From assembly GCA_944392795.1 (NCBI GenBank), contig CALXXX010000034.1, positions 8,995-72,994 on the forward strand: 64,000 bases of DNA, written 5' to 3'. A program made the position numbers and the translations under genes. The stretch's first letter is position 1, and each line of letters opens with the position of its first letter. The notes under the pieces were generated by a model. The model saw only the letters and a list, made by a program, of their open reading frames with translations. It was not told the DNA's origin and did no database searches. Shown here one piece after another: positions 9,871 to 20,764 of the stretch. This stretch comes from an uncultured Alphaproteobacteria bacterium. Lineage in GTDB: Bacteria; Pseudomonadota; Alphaproteobacteria; CAAHEQ01; UBA3637.

Positions 9871-10599
9871 TTAAGTAAAATGGCAAACACGAGCCAGTGT
9901 TAACCCTTCCACACGCTTTGCCCCCGCAGCATATAAAGCTTCGGCACAAGCATTAAGAGTGGCTCCAGTTGTGTAAACATCATCAATTAGCAAGACTTTT
10001 TTGCCTTCTACATCATTTTTCTTTTTTACAAGAAAAGCATTTTTGACATTATTCTTTCGTTGAAGACGATTATCATGTCCTTGTGGTTTGGTGTTGACTG
10101 TTCTCAATAAAGTATGAGGGAGCATCTTTTTCTGACAAGTTGAAGCAATCTTACTAGCTAATAAAGTAGCTTGATTATATTTGCGTTTAAGTAGTCGCCG
10201 ACGGTGTAAGGGAACTGGAATAATAATATCACAGTGTTCAATTAACTCTTGTCCTATTTGTATCATTAATTGAGAAAAGAAAGGAGCCATATCTGTTCTG
10301 TCAGTATGTTTAAAGGGTAAAATAAGTTCTCGTGAATAGGCATCATAACTGAAAACAGCTCTTAGCCTTTTCAGTTTTGGTTTCTCTCTAAGGCAGTTTT
10401 GACAAATCAAATCCTTTTCAGAAGGGAAAATATAAGGTTTTCCACAAATTGGGCAGCATTGATCAGATAAAAATGTTATTTTACCATAACATTCTGGACA
10501 CAGAGCACTTTTCCCTTCAATAATTTGTCCACACATATAACATCTTCCTGGCATGAGTAGATCTATCAGTGAAGAAATTACTTTTTTTAGATATTTCAT
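9871..10599 (-). CDS. comF: ComF family protein (Zn ribbon + PRTase fold)
   Basis: CxxC pairs, PVPLH..R.YNQA, LLIDDVYTTGATL. Confidence 0.93.
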   Translation of the reverse strand: MKYLKKVISSLIDLLMPGRCYMCGQIIEGKSALCPECYGKITFLSDQCCPICGKPYIFPSEKDLICQNCLREKPKLKRLRAVFSYDAYSRELILPFKHTDRTDMAPFFSQLMIQIGQELIEHCDIIIPVPLHRRRLLKRKYNQATLLASKIASTCQKKMLPHTLLRTVNTKPQGHDNRLQRKNNVKNAFLVKKKNDVEGKKVLLIDDVYTTGATLNACAEALYAAGAKRVEGLTLARVCHFT

Positions 10600-10672
10600 T
10601 TCAGTTTCCTATTTCTTTTTTCTATTTATTGTATTATCTTATTTTATGAAAAAGAGCAACTAAGGAAATTAA

Positions 10673-11422
10673 ATGACAACAGGAATATATCATCGTTCTA
10701 ATGGAACTTTTCTCAGTTATGAAAAGGTGGAAAGATCTTCTCCAGGATTGATTTATCTGCATGGACTAATGTCCTCTAAGGATAGTAAAAAGGGCGCTTT
10801 TTTAAAAGAAACAGCAGAAAATTTAGGACTTTCTTATTTATCTTTTGATTTCTCTGGCCATGGAGCTTCTTGGGGAGAACCTAAAGATATTCGTATTAGT
10901 CGTTGTTTGCAGGACGCTTTGGATATGATAGAAAAGTTTACAACAGGTCCTCAGATTTTATTGGGAAGTAGTATGGGAGGATGGATAGCTCTTTTAGCAG
11001 CCATGAATTTACCAACTCGAATTATGGGTGTTGTTGGTTTAGCTGCAGGGCCAGATTTTACAAAACGTCTTTGGGAAGATGTTTTGACAGATGATTATCG
11101 TAATCGTTTGAAAAAAGGAGAGGTATTGGGTCCTTCTGAGGAAACTCAAGGATATTGTTTTACTTATGATTTATTTAAAGATGCAGAATCTTATTTGTTG
11201 CTTGAAAAGCCTATTTCTTATGAGGGACCTGTGTTGCTATTCAATGGGGATAAAGATACATTAGTCTCTCAGAAAATTGCTTTTCAGATTAAGGAACAAT
11301 TAGTCAGCCAGGATGTTGAAGTCCGGATTATTAAGGGAGCTGGACATTCTTTATCTGCTCCTTCTGAATTAGAGAGAATTGAGAATGCCATCTTGTATTT
11401 ACTAAAAAGAAAGGAAAAATAG
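10673..11422 (+). CDS. alpha/beta hydrolase
   Basis: GSSMGG nucleophile elbow, GDKD, GAGH. Confidence 0.92.
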   Translation: MTTGIYHRSNGTFLSYEKVERSSPGLIYLHGLMSSKDSKKGAFLKETAENLGLSYLSFDFSGHGASWGEPKDIRISRCLQDALDMIEKFTTGPQILLGSSMGGWIALLAAMNLPTRIMGVVGLAAGPDFTKRLWEDVLTDDYRNRLKKGEVLGPSEETQGYCFTYDLFKDAESYLLLEKPISYEGPVLLFNGDKDTLVSQKIAFQIKEQLVSQDVEVRIIKGAGHSLSAPSELERIENAILYLLKRKEK

Positions 11423-11896
11423 ATGATTCAATTTCAGCCTTTGTCGCTTAAGAGTTCGTTCAGACTTTTCTTGTTGATCGTTTTAACTTACGGAGCTGGT
11501 TTTATTATGAGTACATGGACGAGTAATCCTGTAAATATAAATTGGTATCATAATTTGTTTCAAGCACCTTGGTCACCTCCAGATTTTGTATTTGCTCTTG
11601 TTTGGCTCATTTTATATGGAATGATTTCAATATCTGCGTGGCTCGTTTGGTCTTTAGCTTCTCATCGATATTTCTATTATCAGTTAATAACGCAGATTTT
11701 ATGGGTTTATACTTTTTTTGAGGCCCATATGCTTTTTTATTCTTTTTTAATTATATTTGCCTTAACATTTTTTGTGGTTGAGATGATGAAAGAATTTTAT
11801 CGATATTCTAAACTATCGGCTCGTCTTTTAATTCCTTATTTGCTATGGATCATCTTTGCCGCTTATTTAAATGCTTATGCTTTTATGTATAATTAA
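11423..11896 (+). CDS. tspO: TspO/MBR family membrane protein
   Basis: WY..L..APWSPPDFVFALVW, LLIPYLLWIIFAAYLN. Confidence 0.9.
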   Translation: MIQFQPLSLKSSFRLFLLIVLTYGAGFIMSTWTSNPVNINWYHNLFQAPWSPPDFVFALVWLILYGMISISAWLVWSLASHRYFYYQLITQILWVYTFFEAHMLFYSFLIIFALTFFVVEMMKEFYRYSKLSARLLIPYLLWIIFAAYLNAYAFMYN

Positions 11897-12666
11897 AAAT
11901 CTAAGTTATAATTAAGCCAATTATCATGTGTCGCACTCGGTATAGCTTTAACTTGCGCTGAAACGGGCTTAGGTAATTTTTTCACAAAGTCTTTTGTAAA
12001 AGCGATGGGCATAATTTGATCTTGCCCGCCGACATAATGGACTTGAGGAATACGCGCGGAAAGATAACTTTCATCTGCTGGATTTAAAGAACCTTCAGGA
12101 AGTTCTTCATCATGAAACAAGGCGTAATGTTCTGTATTGACAATACCGGCAATTGTGATGACTTTTACTGGAATTTGGCGAATTCGTGTTGCCAAGAGAA
12201 GGGCAATCGTTCCGCCGCCATCATAACCAACAAGCTCTATTTCAGAAATACGATACTTCTTTTGTAGTCTTTCAATTGACAATTTCATCTCATCAATGAT
12301 TTCTGGCATATATTTTCCTTTTTCCCAGGTGATAGGTTTACAGACACTTTGTTCAATATAATAACAGGTTCTTCCAAGATAAATGATATAAGGGTAAGGA
12401 TCTTTAAGAGCTAATTCTTTTGCTATCGGGTTTTCTACTGTTGGTCTCTTTTTTCCAAAAAATCCAGTTGTCTTAGCATTTCCGTCAATATAAATACGAA
12501 CTTTTTGAGAAGGTTTCATGCCGTTTTTTACCCAAACAGCCATCATGGTATGATTTGCAGGGATTTGATAAGATTTAAAACCTTTCATGCTTGGAACAGT
12601 TTGTTGAGATGTTATTGAACAGGCTGTTATTACAAAGGAGAAAATTATTAAAGCAATTTTTTTCAT
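11893..12666 (-). CDS. lipoprotein, alpha/beta hydrolase fold
   Basis: Lipobox ITAC; GYDGGG at the expected GxSxG position; start MKKIAL at 12666. Confidence 0.75.
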   Translation of the reverse strand: MKKIALIIFSFVITACSITSQQTVPSMKGFKSYQIPANHTMMAVWVKNGMKPSQKVRIYIDGNAKTTGFFGKKRPTVENPIAKELALKDPYPYIIYLGRTCYYIEQSVCKPITWEKGKYMPEIIDEMKLSIERLQKKYRISEIELVGYDGGGTIALLLATRIRQIPVKVITIAGIVNTEHYALFHDEELPEGSLNPADESYLSARIPQVHYVGGQDQIMPIAFTKDFVKKLPKPVSAQVKAIPSATHDNWLNYNLDF

Positions 12667-15600
12667 TTCAACTCCATCAGTTCCATTGTTGTTGTCCATA
12701 ATAAAAAGCTTCTTATTTTTTTACTCTGAAAAAGATTTTTAAGCAAGCATTTATATGCATTCATTTGCTCTATATAAAGAGGAGGAACATCTGAAAGTTG
12801 TTTTGGTGGGTTAGTATTTGTTTTGAAATCAACAATAAGTACCTCATCTGGTAAAATAACAAGTCGATCAATTTGTCCGGAAATAACAAGTCCGTTCACC
12901 GTTCCGACAATCGGAACTTCTGATAAAGAATTTGATGAGAAAAGTTTTTTAAGATTTTGATTATTAAATAAATCTAATAGATTAAGAGGAGCTTCAAACT
13001 CTTTTAGTTGAAGATCTTTTAAGAAAGTTGTTCGCTCTTTTGGAGACATATCTGGTAAGACTTGTAATAGCCGATGAATATATGTTCCTCTGCGCATAGC
13101 TTGTTCTTGCTGTGGTGTGAGAGGAGAAGCTTGCGGAGGTTCTTCATTTTTCATCTTTGAAGGTGATAAAGGTTTGGGTGGCATGGGTTCTTCAGGTGCT
13201 TCTTTAAAGAACCAATTTGGTAAAACTTTTTCTTCTTTAAAAGTTTCTATTTCTTTTTTTTCTGGTATTTGTTTTGTTTGTTCAGAAGTTAGAATAATTT
13301 TTGTTTTAGCGTCATATCCAGGAATGGCAGAAGAAATCATTTCATGCCAGTTATTGCTTAAAGAGGGTCTTCCTGTTTCGTAGCCGGCAATATAGAGTCT
13401 GTCTTTTGCCCGAGTGACAGCGACATATAATAGTCGATTATATTCTTCTTCATCTTGTTTTTTGACAGCATTGATCCAAGGTATGCATAAACTACTTTGA
13501 ATTTCTTTACGAGGGAGCCATAAAGGAAGCTGATTCATCCAGACGAAAGATGGAGCTTTGTTTGGTTTTCGACATGTGTCTGGTAAAAAGACAATATTGG
13601 CCTGTAATCCTTTTGAGCCATGAACAGTCATAATACGAACAGCATCAATTGTATCTTGCTCTAAGTCACGTTTAATTTCAATTTCATCACTTTTTAACCA
13701 TTTTAGAAAGCCTTGTAGAGAAGGTGTATTTGTTTTCTCAAATTGTAAAGCAAGATTTAGAAATTCATCTAAAGCCTCTCCGGCTTCATTTCCCATTTGT
13801 TTTAAGAAAGCTTCTCGTCCTTTTAGAACGCTTAAGATATAGGTGTAGAGTTCAAATGGAGGCATGGTATCTGTTAAAGCCAGAAGTTCTTTTAATTGAG
13901 CATAAATAGTAGGTTGCTTTCGATGGAGTTGAGACCATAAAGTTTGAACACCGCGATGATATGCAAGATTAAAAAGTTCTTCTTCTGAAAGATTGAAAAG
14001 AGGACTTTTTAAAACTTCTGCTAAAGTTAAATCATCTTCCGGTAAAAGTAGAAATTCACCAAGAGAAATTAAATCCATGACGGCCATATCTTGAGTTAAA
14101 ATTAATCTGTCAAGTCCGGCAACAGGAACATTATTTTCTTTTAATGCTCGAACTAAATCTGATAAAAATTGATTACGCCTTTGAACAAGAATCATAATAT
14201 CTCCGGGACGGATAGGACGATTTTGAGAGACAAGAAGTTCTTTTTCCGCCAACATTTTTTTTATGCGGATTGCAATTTTTCGTGCAAGTCTGACAGAAGG
14301 TAAGGCTTCGTTAGAGTGAATGCGAGGAAGAGGCCAAACTTTCTCTATTTTATTTTCTTTCTCATATTCTTCTACAGGCCAGACTTCAACTAATCCACCT
14401 TCATCTTCTCGAGAGGCTAAGTGTGTCGTGTCTTCATGATCAAGAACAACTCCGGCTTTTGCATGTTGATGTTTAAGCAAGTAGTTTACAAGATCTAAAA
14501 TCGGTTGTGTTGATCTAAATGAAATATTTAGAGGAACATCTTTCCATTCATGTTTAGATGTTAAAACACGCTCTTTAAATAAAGCGTGCATTTTTTCAAA
14601 AGCATCCGGATCTGCTCCCTGAAAACGATAAATAGATTGCTTTCTATCTCCAACGACAAATAAGGTTCTATTTTTTTCACTACGTCCTTGACCACTGAAA
14701 AATTCTTCACATAAATATTGAATAACAGACCAAGCATCCGGAGAGGTATCTTGTGCTTCATCGACTAAGATATGATCAATGCCACCGTCCAGTTTGTATA
14801 AAACCCATGCAGCCATATTGGATTCTTCTAATAAGTGACGCGCATATAGAATTAGATCATCGAAATCTAAAAGTCCTTTTTGTCTTTTTAAATCTTCATA
14901 TTTTTCTAAAACAGCTAAACTTAACTTTAAAAAAGCCATAGTGGCCTGAACTGTTTTAAGCGCTTTTATTTTATCGAGCGTTTCTAAAATTTCTTGGGCA
15001 GTTTGAAGCTGATGTGGGTCTGAAGATTTTTTGACTTTTGATAAAATTTCTTTTTTCTGTGTTAAAAATTGACTTTGATAACCTTCCCAATCGTCTCCGG
15101 TATAAATTTTTTGTATTAAGCTTTCTTCTGTATCTAAGGGAGAAAAGGAAAATAATTGATAAAGTTTTTCTTCAATTCCTTTTAAACCCATGGCGGAATC
15201 GAGTACTCTTTTTAGCTTATTACGTTCTTTCCCTAATGATTGCATCAATTCTGTAAAGCTTTGTTCTGTTTTATAGTCAGATACGATTCTTAATGATTCA
15301 GCATACTGGGCGTCTGTTACGATTATTCGAATAGCTGTTGATAGTAAAATTTTAGCATCTTTATTATCATCCAACACTTCAAAAGAAGGGGAGATTCCTG
15401 TTTCTAGAGGAAAACGTTTTAAAACACTCTGGCAAAAACTATGAATAGTCATAATTTTCATTCCCCCTTTGACTTCCAGAATATACGCAAAAAGACTTCT
15501 TGCTTTATCTAGTAAGTGAGATATATCGCCTTGTCCTGTTAATTTCTGGAGTTGTTGTGTTAATTCAGAAGTCGGAAGCATAGCCCATTCGCGGAGGATT

Positions 15601-15821
15601 TTGTTTAGACGATTTGCCATTTCGGCAGCAGCTGTTTTTGTAAAGGTAATGCAAAGAATTTTTTCTGCTTCTGCACCAGATAATAACAAATTTAAGACAC
15701 GATCAGTTAGAACTTTCGTTTTGCCTGAGCCAGCGGAAGCTGAAACCCAAGCAGAAATTTCAGGTTGACAAGCAATTTGTTGAGCTTTTGTAGCTTCTTC
15801 TTTTAGAGAAAGGCTAGTCAT
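12663..15821 (-). CDS. addA: double-strand break repair helicase-nuclease AddA
   Basis: ASAGSGKT, VDEAQD, MTVHGSKG, RLLYVAVTRA, GQIDRL..DFKT. Confidence 0.96.
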   Translation of the reverse strand: MTSLSLKEEATKAQQIACQPEISAWVSASAGSGKTKVLTDRVLNLLLSGAEAEKILCITFTKTAAAEMANRLNKILREWAMLPTSELTQQLQKLTGQGDISHLLDKARSLFAYILEVKGGMKIMTIHSFCQSVLKRFPLETGISPSFEVLDDNKDAKILLSTAIRIIVTDAQYAESLRIVSDYKTEQSFTELMQSLGKERNKLKRVLDSAMGLKGIEEKLYQLFSFSPLDTEESLIQKIYTGDDWEGYQSQFLTQKKEILSKVKKSSDPHQLQTAQEILETLDKIKALKTVQATMAFLKLSLAVLEKYEDLKRQKGLLDFDDLILYARHLLEESNMAAWVLYKLDGGIDHILVDEAQDTSPDAWSVIQYLCEEFFSGQGRSEKNRTLFVVGDRKQSIYRFQGADPDAFEKMHALFKERVLTSKHEWKDVPLNISFRSTQPILDLVNYLLKHQHAKAGVVLDHEDTTHLASREDEGGLVEVWPVEEYEKENKIEKVWPLPRIHSNEALPSVRLARKIAIRIKKMLAEKELLVSQNRPIRPGDIMILVQRRNQFLSDLVRALKENNVPVAGLDRLILTQDMAVMDLISLGEFLLLPEDDLTLAEVLKSPLFNLSEEELFNLAYHRGVQTLWSQLHRKQPTIYAQLKELLALTDTMPPFELYTYILSVLKGREAFLKQMGNEAGEALDEFLNLALQFEKTNTPSLQGFLKWLKSDEIEIKRDLEQDTIDAVRIMTVHGSKGLQANIVFLPDTCRKPNKAPSFVWMNQLPLWLPRKEIQSSLCIPWINAVKKQDEEEYNRLLYVAVTRAKDRLYIAGYETGRPSLSNNWHEMISSAIPGYDAKTKIILTSEQTKQIPEKKEIETFKEEKVLPNWFFKEAPEEPMPPKPLSPSKMKNEEPPQASPLTPQQEQAMRRGTYIHRLLQVLPDMSPKERTTFLKDLQLKEFEAPLNLLDLFNNQNLKKLFSSNSLSEVPIVGTVNGLVISGQIDRLVILPDEVLIVDFKTNTNPPKQLSDVPPLYIEQMNAYKCLLKNLFQSKKIRSFLLWTTTMELMELK

Positions 15822-15823
15822 TC

Positions 15824-18625
15824 TTACTCCTCTTCATTAATGAGCCATTCTTGAACTCTGGCTAGATGTTCGTAGTCATTATACCGCGGCTTGTTCTTGG
15901 GATCTGGACAAGAGGCGTAGGGATTGTTTTCATCATTAAAAAAAGCAATTAACTCTTTTAAGCCTTCTAACGATTGCTCGATAAGAGCGTTCAGCGAAAA
16001 GTTTTTATTGCGTTTAGGTAAGATAGAATGGATTTCTCCACCTTTCTTTGTTCCAGAAAGTCTCCAATAACTTAAATCGGTAATTTGCAGGTTAGAAGTT
16101 TTTTCTCCGAAAGCATCATTCATTAACAAGATACCCTCTAAAACCAATTGTGGCGCATAACCAGATTTTACATCTGTTTGTGTCGGAGGTGTTCCGGTCT
16201 TATAATCAATAATTTCTGCTGTTTTGTTTGGAAAAATATCTATTCGATCTGCTTTTCCGTATAGTTCAAAGTTTTTTCCTTCGACGTCAATCTGTAAATT
16301 GGCTGGTGCTTCTAGAATAAAATGTGCTTTTCTATTCAATCGTTGATTTTGTTGGTTAAAGAACCAATTTGCCATCCGTTCAAATTTAGGTTTCCAGAAG
16401 GCAGTATTTGCTTCATTAAATCCAGCTTTTTCAAATTCTTTTTCGCCTAACTGTAATAAGTTTTCTAAAGATTGTTCGTTTTCCTTAAGCTTTAGGAAGC
16501 TTTCTAAAGCTTGATGAACAGCAATTCCGTATTCTTTTATAGATAAAGGCTCATCAAGATCAGACAACTTGCGTAATTTTAAAATTTGTTTAGCATAAAT
16601 AGAGTAAGGATCTTTCATGAGTGTTTCAATTTGAGTGATAGAAAGGCGATTCGGACGACTTTCTAAAGGAGGTTTGGGTTGAGGTCTTTGAATAGGTTTA
16701 AAATTCTTTGTTTCAATCAGTTGTTCCAGAATTTGATCCGTTTGAATAGGCAGAGTTAATTTTGAGGCTTCTAAAACAGCTTCTAGTCTTGATAGCCATC
16801 GAGAAGGAATAGTGGGTGTTCCGTTCTTTTTTAAAGAGCGTGTTAAAATAACTTCAGGAGCGAGAAAGATATGAGAAAAATCATGCGCTGAAATACCGAT
16901 TTTTTCTTCTGGAGCACGCATACCTAAAGCATTACGCATTGGTCGACTGAGCCAAGGATCACAGCTTGGCAATTCTGGGAAAGTTTCTTCATTTAAGCCG
17001 GCAATAATCACAACATCTGGATTCTGTAATCTGGCTTCAATAGGTCCTAAAATATCTAGTCTTGGATGCATGCCATATTTAGGGCGAACAACGACTGTAT
17101 CTAAAATAGATTTTAATAAAGAGGGATAAAAAGCAGGTTCTATTTCCTCCATTTTATCGGCATAAGCTATTAAAGTTGTTAACAATTCAGAAGTTGCTTG
17201 TCCATCTTCATGAGACCAAAGGCGATCTGAACCAGACTTGTCGGCACTTGTGGCGAGTTGTTGAGCAACCTCTAAATGAGCTTTTAAAAGTGTAGGAAGA
17301 GGAATTTTAATCGGGTTATTAAAAAATTTGAAAAAGCTTTGTATATCTGTTTTAAGAGGAGGAGAAAAGTTTTTTTCTGAAAGCCGAGCTTCTTTTTCCC
17401 AAAAATGTACTTTTCGGCGAAATTCTGTAAATGATGCACCGTCTGTTGTTAAAGGATGTTTTAAAAGTGCCAGTAAATCTTGAGCTTTTCCTGTATAAGC
17501 AGCTTCAGCCAATAGTAAAAGAAAAGTTCCAACATTCGTCCTGGATAAAGGTGTTCCAGCACTATCATCAAGCTGAATGTTCCAACGTCGCATTTCAGCA
17601 GTCACTCGTCGGGCTAAATCACGATCTGTCGTGACAAGTGCTCCTGTTTTCCCGGGTGTTTCTAGCACTTTTCTTAAGTTTAAAGCAATGATCATTGCTT
17701 CTGTTTCAGGACCTTTACATAAAAAATAAGTTAAGTTATCAAGGACGTTTTTATCCAACGGAGTTTCATTTGACCATGTATGTGTTCGAGAGGCTGGTTT
17801 TAAGGCACGTTCAATTAATAATTTACGGGGAGTCATGATAGGTTTTAATTCTTTCACATCTGAACGCTTAATGCCGATTTCTTTTAATAGTTTCTTCAAA
17901 TGGAATTGAGGGTGTGTTTCATCTAAAGCTTTCCAATCTTCTTCATCTGACTCTAAGTCAAGATTAGGTAAGAAAATTTCTCCTTTAGGCAAAGAAAATA
18001 TTTCTTTTAAAAAATTTTCTAGATAAGGAAATCCACCGGTAAAACCTGCTGCAATAATAGGATTTTCAGGGAGTTGATTATGCCAAGATTGTGCTAATTT
18101 TTCTAAAATTTTTATTTGTCGTTTGGCTGGATCTATTAAATTCAGTTCTTTTAAAATACGAGGCCAATGTGTACGAATGATATCTAAAAAACAAAGTGTT
18201 TGTTGCCAATGTTCGGAGAATATGTCTGGAACAATATTATCTAAACGTTCAAAAGGAATATCAAACTGTATTATTTCATCCAAAAGCTCTGCTAAAGAGG
18301 ACGCTAAACCAAAGGCTTGCTCAGGATTAATTCCTCCTGTTTTTTGAATGAGACGCATCAGCAAAAGTTGGCGCTCTAAAGGCGGTATTGCTTCAGGTAT
18401 GTCCGGACTGATGACTTCAATATCAGAAATAGGTGTTATTTTAGGAAGTAAGATTACTTTACCAAAGCTCTGTCTTAAAAAAGCCTCTTTGATTGTCTTT
18501 GCGGCTCGTCTTGTCGGAACAATTAAAGTTGTTTTAGATAACCCCCACTCGTCAGTTTGTTTTTCTAAAAGATGAGAAGCTAATAAGTCACTGAAAGAAT
18601 GAACAGAAGAAATGGTATAAATCAT
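15824..18625 (-). CDS. addB: double-strand break repair protein AddB
   Basis: PTRRA, DDSAGTPL, GPIEARL, DPYSIYA, ADRID..DYKTG, DYEHLARVQEW. Confidence 0.96.
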   Translation of the reverse strand: MIYTISSVHSFSDLLASHLLEKQTDEWGLSKTTLIVPTRRAAKTIKEAFLRQSFGKVILLPKITPISDIEVISPDIPEAIPPLERQLLLMRLIQKTGGINPEQAFGLASSLAELLDEIIQFDIPFERLDNIVPDIFSEHWQQTLCFLDIIRTHWPRILKELNLIDPAKRQIKILEKLAQSWHNQLPENPIIAAGFTGGFPYLENFLKEIFSLPKGEIFLPNLDLESDEEDWKALDETHPQFHLKKLLKEIGIKRSDVKELKPIMTPRKLLIERALKPASRTHTWSNETPLDKNVLDNLTYFLCKGPETEAMIIALNLRKVLETPGKTGALVTTDRDLARRVTAEMRRWNIQLDDSAGTPLSRTNVGTFLLLLAEAAYTGKAQDLLALLKHPLTTDGASFTEFRRKVHFWEKEARLSEKNFSPPLKTDIQSFFKFFNNPIKIPLPTLLKAHLEVAQQLATSADKSGSDRLWSHEDGQATSELLTTLIAYADKMEEIEPAFYPSLLKSILDTVVVRPKYGMHPRLDILGPIEARLQNPDVVIIAGLNEETFPELPSCDPWLSRPMRNALGMRAPEEKIGISAHDFSHIFLAPEVILTRSLKKNGTPTIPSRWLSRLEAVLEASKLTLPIQTDQILEQLIETKNFKPIQRPQPKPPLESRPNRLSITQIETLMKDPYSIYAKQILKLRKLSDLDEPLSIKEYGIAVHQALESFLKLKENEQSLENLLQLGEKEFEKAGFNEANTAFWKPKFERMANWFFNQQNQRLNRKAHFILEAPANLQIDVEGKNFELYGKADRIDIFPNKTAEIIDYKTGTPPTQTDVKSGYAPQLVLEGILLMNDAFGEKTSNLQITDLSYWRLSGTKKGGEIHSILPKRNKNFSLNALIEQSLEGLKELIAFFNDENNPYASCPDPKNKPRYNDYEHLARVQEWLINEEE

Positions 18626-19341
18626 AATAATTTCTCCGCAATTTTAACAGCTTCAGGCGTTCCGACATGGAAAAGACGCTTTTGATGAATAACATAACCT
18701 AATTTATGTTGTTTTTCTGCTTGATCATAAATATCACGTAATGAAAAAGGTCCTTGTGGCGCATTTCGGAATGCGCGTGGATGTAAAATTTGAGTGCCCG
18801 CAAATAAAAACGGAATATTTCTTTCATTCGGCTTTTGTCGTCTGGGAAGATTGTTTTCTAAAAAATAATTGCCGTCTTGTCCTTGCGGATACAACATTTC
18901 CACAGGTTGAAATAAAAGCAATACATCCATTTCTTGAGGGTTCCAATGTTGTTGAAGCCTTTCTAAAGATAATGGAGTACTTTCTTCTAAAACCATATCA
19001 CTATTTAAAACAAAAAATCCATCAGGAGCTTGCTGTGTTAATTCAGGCAAGATTTGGAAAACTCCTCCACCTGTTTCCAAACCAGGCATGTAATCTTCTA
19101 TAAAATGGAAATCAACATGAGGATAATTTTTTTCTAAGTGAGTTCGTATCATATCTCCTTTATAAAACAAATTGACATAAATTGTTTTAATGTGTGCCGC
19201 AAGAAGTCTTTCTACATTATAATCAATTAAAGCTTTTCCTTTAACTTGGATTAAAGGTTTAGGACAAGCTTCCGTTAATTCTCGCATACGCGTTCCGCGT
19301 CCTGCAGCCAAAATAAAACCTATGTTGATGTTTGAAGACAT
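18622..19341 (-). CDS. murU: MurNAc-1-phosphate uridylyltransferase-like nucleotidyltransferase
   Basis: LAAGRGTRM..PKPL, LETGGG; follows amgK-like gene. Confidence 0.8.
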   Translation of the reverse strand: MSSNINIGFILAAGRGTRMRELTEACPKPLIQVKGKALIDYNVERLLAAHIKTIYVNLFYKGDMIRTHLEKNYPHVDFHFIEDYMPGLETGGGVFQILPELTQQAPDGFFVLNSDMVLEESTPLSLERLQQHWNPQEMDVLLLFQPVEMLYPQGQDGNYFLENNLPRRQKPNERNIPFLFAGTQILHPRAFRNAPQGPFSLRDIYDQAEKQHKLGYVIHQKRLFHVGTPEAVKIAEKLL

Positions 19342-20318
19342 GCGGGGACCTTTCGATATTCTGAGGGAAGATAAGCATTTAGCCAATCTTTTAAAGATTT
19401 TAAGTAGGGCTCATCCAAATGACTTTCCAATAGCTTCCATACACGAGGAATATGACACAGATATTTATTTTTATGATCGCGCGCTTTTAAACGAGTAAAA
19501 ACGCCAATAACACGAATGTGGCGTTTGGCCGCTAAAATATGATAAGCTTTTTCAAAGATGGCTTTATCTCCGACAACCCCTTTTTCCATATAATAAGACC
19601 ACATTTTTTCCCGAACGGAGGGAGAGACATCTCGTCTTGCATCTTCTAAAAGAGAAACTAAGTCATAAGCAAAAGGGCCAAAACGAGCGTCTTGAAAATC
19701 TAAAAGTCCACATGCTTGATAACCAGGTCTATCGGAAAGACGAATCATGTTGTCCACATGATAATCAATTAAAATTAAACCTTGAGGAGATTTCATAGCT
19801 TCTTGATAAAGTTCTTGCCATAGCTGATAAAAGTCTTGTATAGCAGCATTTGAAAGTGGCTTAGGGTTGGCCAGAGGAACAAACCAATCTAAAAAAGTGG
19901 AAAGGCCATAAGTTAACCAATTATGGTCGTAAAAAGGAATACCTTCGAAATCTCTAATTTCTTGAATTTTAAATAGTGAATCAAGCGCTAATTTATATAA
20001 ATTTTCTTCATTTTCTCCTTGTGCAAGCAGGTGTGTGTAAGTATCATTTCCGAAATCCTCGAGTAATAGAAAGCCATTTTTAAAATCGTGTTCATAAATA
20101 AAAGGAACGCTAAGACCGTTTTTGGAAAGTATTTTATCTACTAATTCGAATTGTTCAGGCAGTTCTGGTGCGGGAGCGTCCATAAGAATATAAGAGTTTT
20201 TTTCATCTTTTATTCGTCCATAATGACGAAAAGAGGCATCTGAGGGAAGCCATGTTAACTTTGAAGCATCCAGTCCGCAATGCCTTAAAAAATATTGAAT
20301 TTGTTCTATTCTTTCCAC
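19320..20318 (-). CDS. amgK: anomeric MurNAc/GlcNAc kinase-like phosphotransferase
   Basis: DASFRHY.R, LMDAP, DYHVDNM, LDFQDA, YDLVSLLEDAR. Confidence 0.85.
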   Translation of the reverse strand: MERIEQIQYFLRHCGLDASKLTWLPSDASFRHYGRIKDEKNSYILMDAPAPELPEQFELVDKILSKNGLSVPFIYEHDFKNGFLLLEDFGNDTYTHLLAQGENEENLYKLALDSLFKIQEIRDFEGIPFYDHNWLTYGLSTFLDWFVPLANPKPLSNAAIQDFYQLWQELYQEAMKSPQGLILIDYHVDNMIRLSDRPGYQACGLLDFQDARFGPFAYDLVSLLEDARRDVSPSVREKMWSYYMEKGVVGDKAIFEKAYHILAAKRHIRVIGVFTRLKARDHKNKYLCHIPRVWKLLESHLDEPYLKSLKDWLNAYLPSEYRKVPACLQTST

Positions 20319-20764
20319 GATTTTAACCTTTCAATCCAGCTTGGATTTTGAGAGGAAAAAGTAAAATCGCGTTCTTCATTTTGAAGGTCAATTTTAATTG
20401 TTAAGACTTTTTTTAAAGGCAGGAGATGCTCCATTTTATTTGGCCATTCAATTAAAGAAACACCTTCTGCAAAAGCATCTTCTATGCCAAGCTCATAAAC
20501 ATCTTGAGGTCTTTCTAATCGATATAGATCAAAATGATAAATCGGAAAATCAGGAGTATCATATGTTTGAAGAAGGGTAAAAGTCGGGCTTGGTACTTCT
20601 TCATTATTTTTTGTCAATGATTGAATGAGAAAGCGTGTAAATGCTGTTTTGCCGACTCCTAGATTTCCTTCTAAAGCGATAATGTCACCTATCTTAAGCA
20701 GCTTAGCAAAATGAGCAGCTAATTTTTTTGTTTCTGTTAAGGAAGTAATATGAAATTGTTTCAT
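20306..20764 (-). CDS. tsaE: tRNA t6A biosynthesis ATPase
   Basis: GNLGVGKT, VPSPTFTL, HFDLYRL, LIEWP. Confidence 0.97.
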   Translation of the reverse strand: MKQFHITSLTETKKLAAHFAKLLKIGDIIALEGNLGVGKTAFTRFLIQSLTKNNEEVPSPTFTLLQTYDTPDFPIYHFDLYRLERPQDVYELGIEDAFAEGVSLIEWPNKMEHLLPLKKVLTIKIDLQNEERDFTFSSQNPSWIERLKSWKE

